The notes under the pieces: model-generated
What the model saw: the letters and a program-made list of their open reading frames with translations, nothing else
Databases searched by the model: none
Told to the model about the DNA's origin: nothing
Program-made: the position numbers and the translations under genes
In this document: positions 58,862 through 59,879 of the stretch, piece by piece
Numbering within the stretch: the first letter of the stretch is position 1
Layout: each line of letters opens with the position of its first letter
From: Vulcanimicrobiota bacterium
GTDB taxonomy: Bacteria > Vulcanimicrobiota > Xenobia > Xenobiales > JADMJV01
Length of the DNA stretch: 59,879 nt
Direction: 5' to 3'
Assembly: GCA_050250895.1 (NCBI GenBank)
Contig: JBFWNU010000014.1
Span: forward strand, 1-59,879

Positions 58862-59632
58862 GTGAAAAACGGGTTCTCTAGATTCGTCCTTGCCACCGCG
58901 GCCAGCCTTTGCCTGGCCGGTCCCGCCTGGGCGCAGGGTGAGGTGTATCAGACCGGCAGTTCCAGCTATGGCGGGCAAACGGTCAACTCCTATACAAACG
59001 TTGGGGCGGCCGAATACCGCAAGAGCATTCGCGTCTCGCGGGGGGGCGGTATCTATAACGTGGTGCCCTTCAACCCGCCCACCCGCAGCAGCCGCAAGTA
59101 TAAGGTTCCCAACGTCTACTCTTACAAGGCCAGCGCCAATAAGGACCTGCCTGCCCGCGAGATCTGGGTGATCGAGAAAGAGATCGTGGACGGCCGTCTC
59201 TTTCGCCGGCGCAAATCCATCGATTTATCCGACATCATCGAAGCCGAGGCCAAGCGCAACAATGTCGACCCCTTGCTGGTGGAAATCCTGATTCGTCATG
59301 AATCCAACTATCGCCCCGATGCGGTCTCGCGCACGGGCGCCCAGGGCCTGATGCAGCTGATGCCCGGCACGGCTACCATGCTGGGTGTGAGCAACGCCTA
59401 CGACCCGGCTGCCAACGTGGCCGGCGGCACCCGCTATCTGGCTCAGCAACTGGCCACCTTCAAAGACCTTCGTTTCGCCCTGGCCGCCTACAACGCCGGC
59501 CCCGGCGCCGTCAAGATGCACGGCGGGGTCCCGCCTTATGCCGAGACCCAGAACTACGTCAACTCCATCGTCAGCGAATACTCCCGCCGCCAAAAGCTCG
59601 AAGACACCAACTCCAAAGACGACGACGAGTAG
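58862..59632 (+). CDS. Exported lytic transglycosylase (SLT domain)
   Basis: HES, GAQGLMQLMP, AAYNAG, PPYAETQNYV. Confidence 0.93.
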   Translation: MKNGFSRFVLATAASLCLAGPAWAQGEVYQTGSSSYGGQTVNSYTNVGAAEYRKSIRVSRGGGIYNVVPFNPPTRSSRKYKVPNVYSYKASANKDLPAREIWVIEKEIVDGRLFRRRKSIDLSDIIEAEAKRNNVDPLLVEILIRHESNYRPDAVSRTGAQGLMQLMPGTATMLGVSNAYDPAANVAGGTRYLAQQLATFKDLRFALAAYNAGPGAVKMHGGVPPYAETQNYVNSIVSEYSRRQKLEDTNSKDDDE

Positions 59633-59879
59633 TAAACCGCGGAGGACCCCCGGTGGGGCTCGCTCGTGAAAAAACCGCGGAGGACGCAGAGGTCGCGGAG
59701 GCGTGGCTGAGGCTTCAGGGGCGGTGTCTCTGGTGGTCAGTGGCCGTCTTGGAGAGTTAGGAGATTGGGGTGGAGAAGCCACGGATGATCGGGTGGGCGC
59801 TCATTCGACGGGGCGCTAAGTTCCTCGGTACGGCCGCCCAATCCCAAAAAAGACCGGTCGAGCACCAACCTTCCAGATG

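Noticed and set aside
59780-59879. CDS or RNA at the window end
   Set aside because: Too little sequence to choose a frame or structure.

Overview
High-GC bacterial chromosomal window (roughly 65% GC by eye), densely coding, with about 55 genes. It starts at the right-hand attachment site of an integrative element that lies outside the window (3' half of tRNA-Pro(CGG) at 81-127). Recognisable genes include a prs-nadE operon, kynA-kynU, tlyA-mlaD-hpnN/MMPL, an MrfA/Hrq1-type helicase, two Hanks-type kinases, c-di-GMP proteins (PilZ, GGDEF, HD-GYP), minor type IV pilins, several proteases and two GST-family enzymes. The protein style is reminiscent of Vulcanimicrobiota/Eremiobacterota, but that is an unverified impression. 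The most interesting signals are: (1) a PRTase-AMMECR1-AMMECR1-helical fusion enzyme followed directly by a protein with 16 tandem EAPPRPIPEVI[F/Y/V] units; (2) two tandem unannotated structured RNA candidates at 34.2-34.6 kb sharing a UUGGCG-loop hairpin and the same terminator stem; (3) an FlgM-like N-terminal leader (M-x-I...D-x-[VFL]) shared by at least six unrelated proteins, possibly a non-Sec export tag; (4) several unusual domain fusions; (5) many apparently leaderless genes. All family calls are motif recognition by eye and no database searches were run. Where start coordinates differ from the ORF track they are my own choices.
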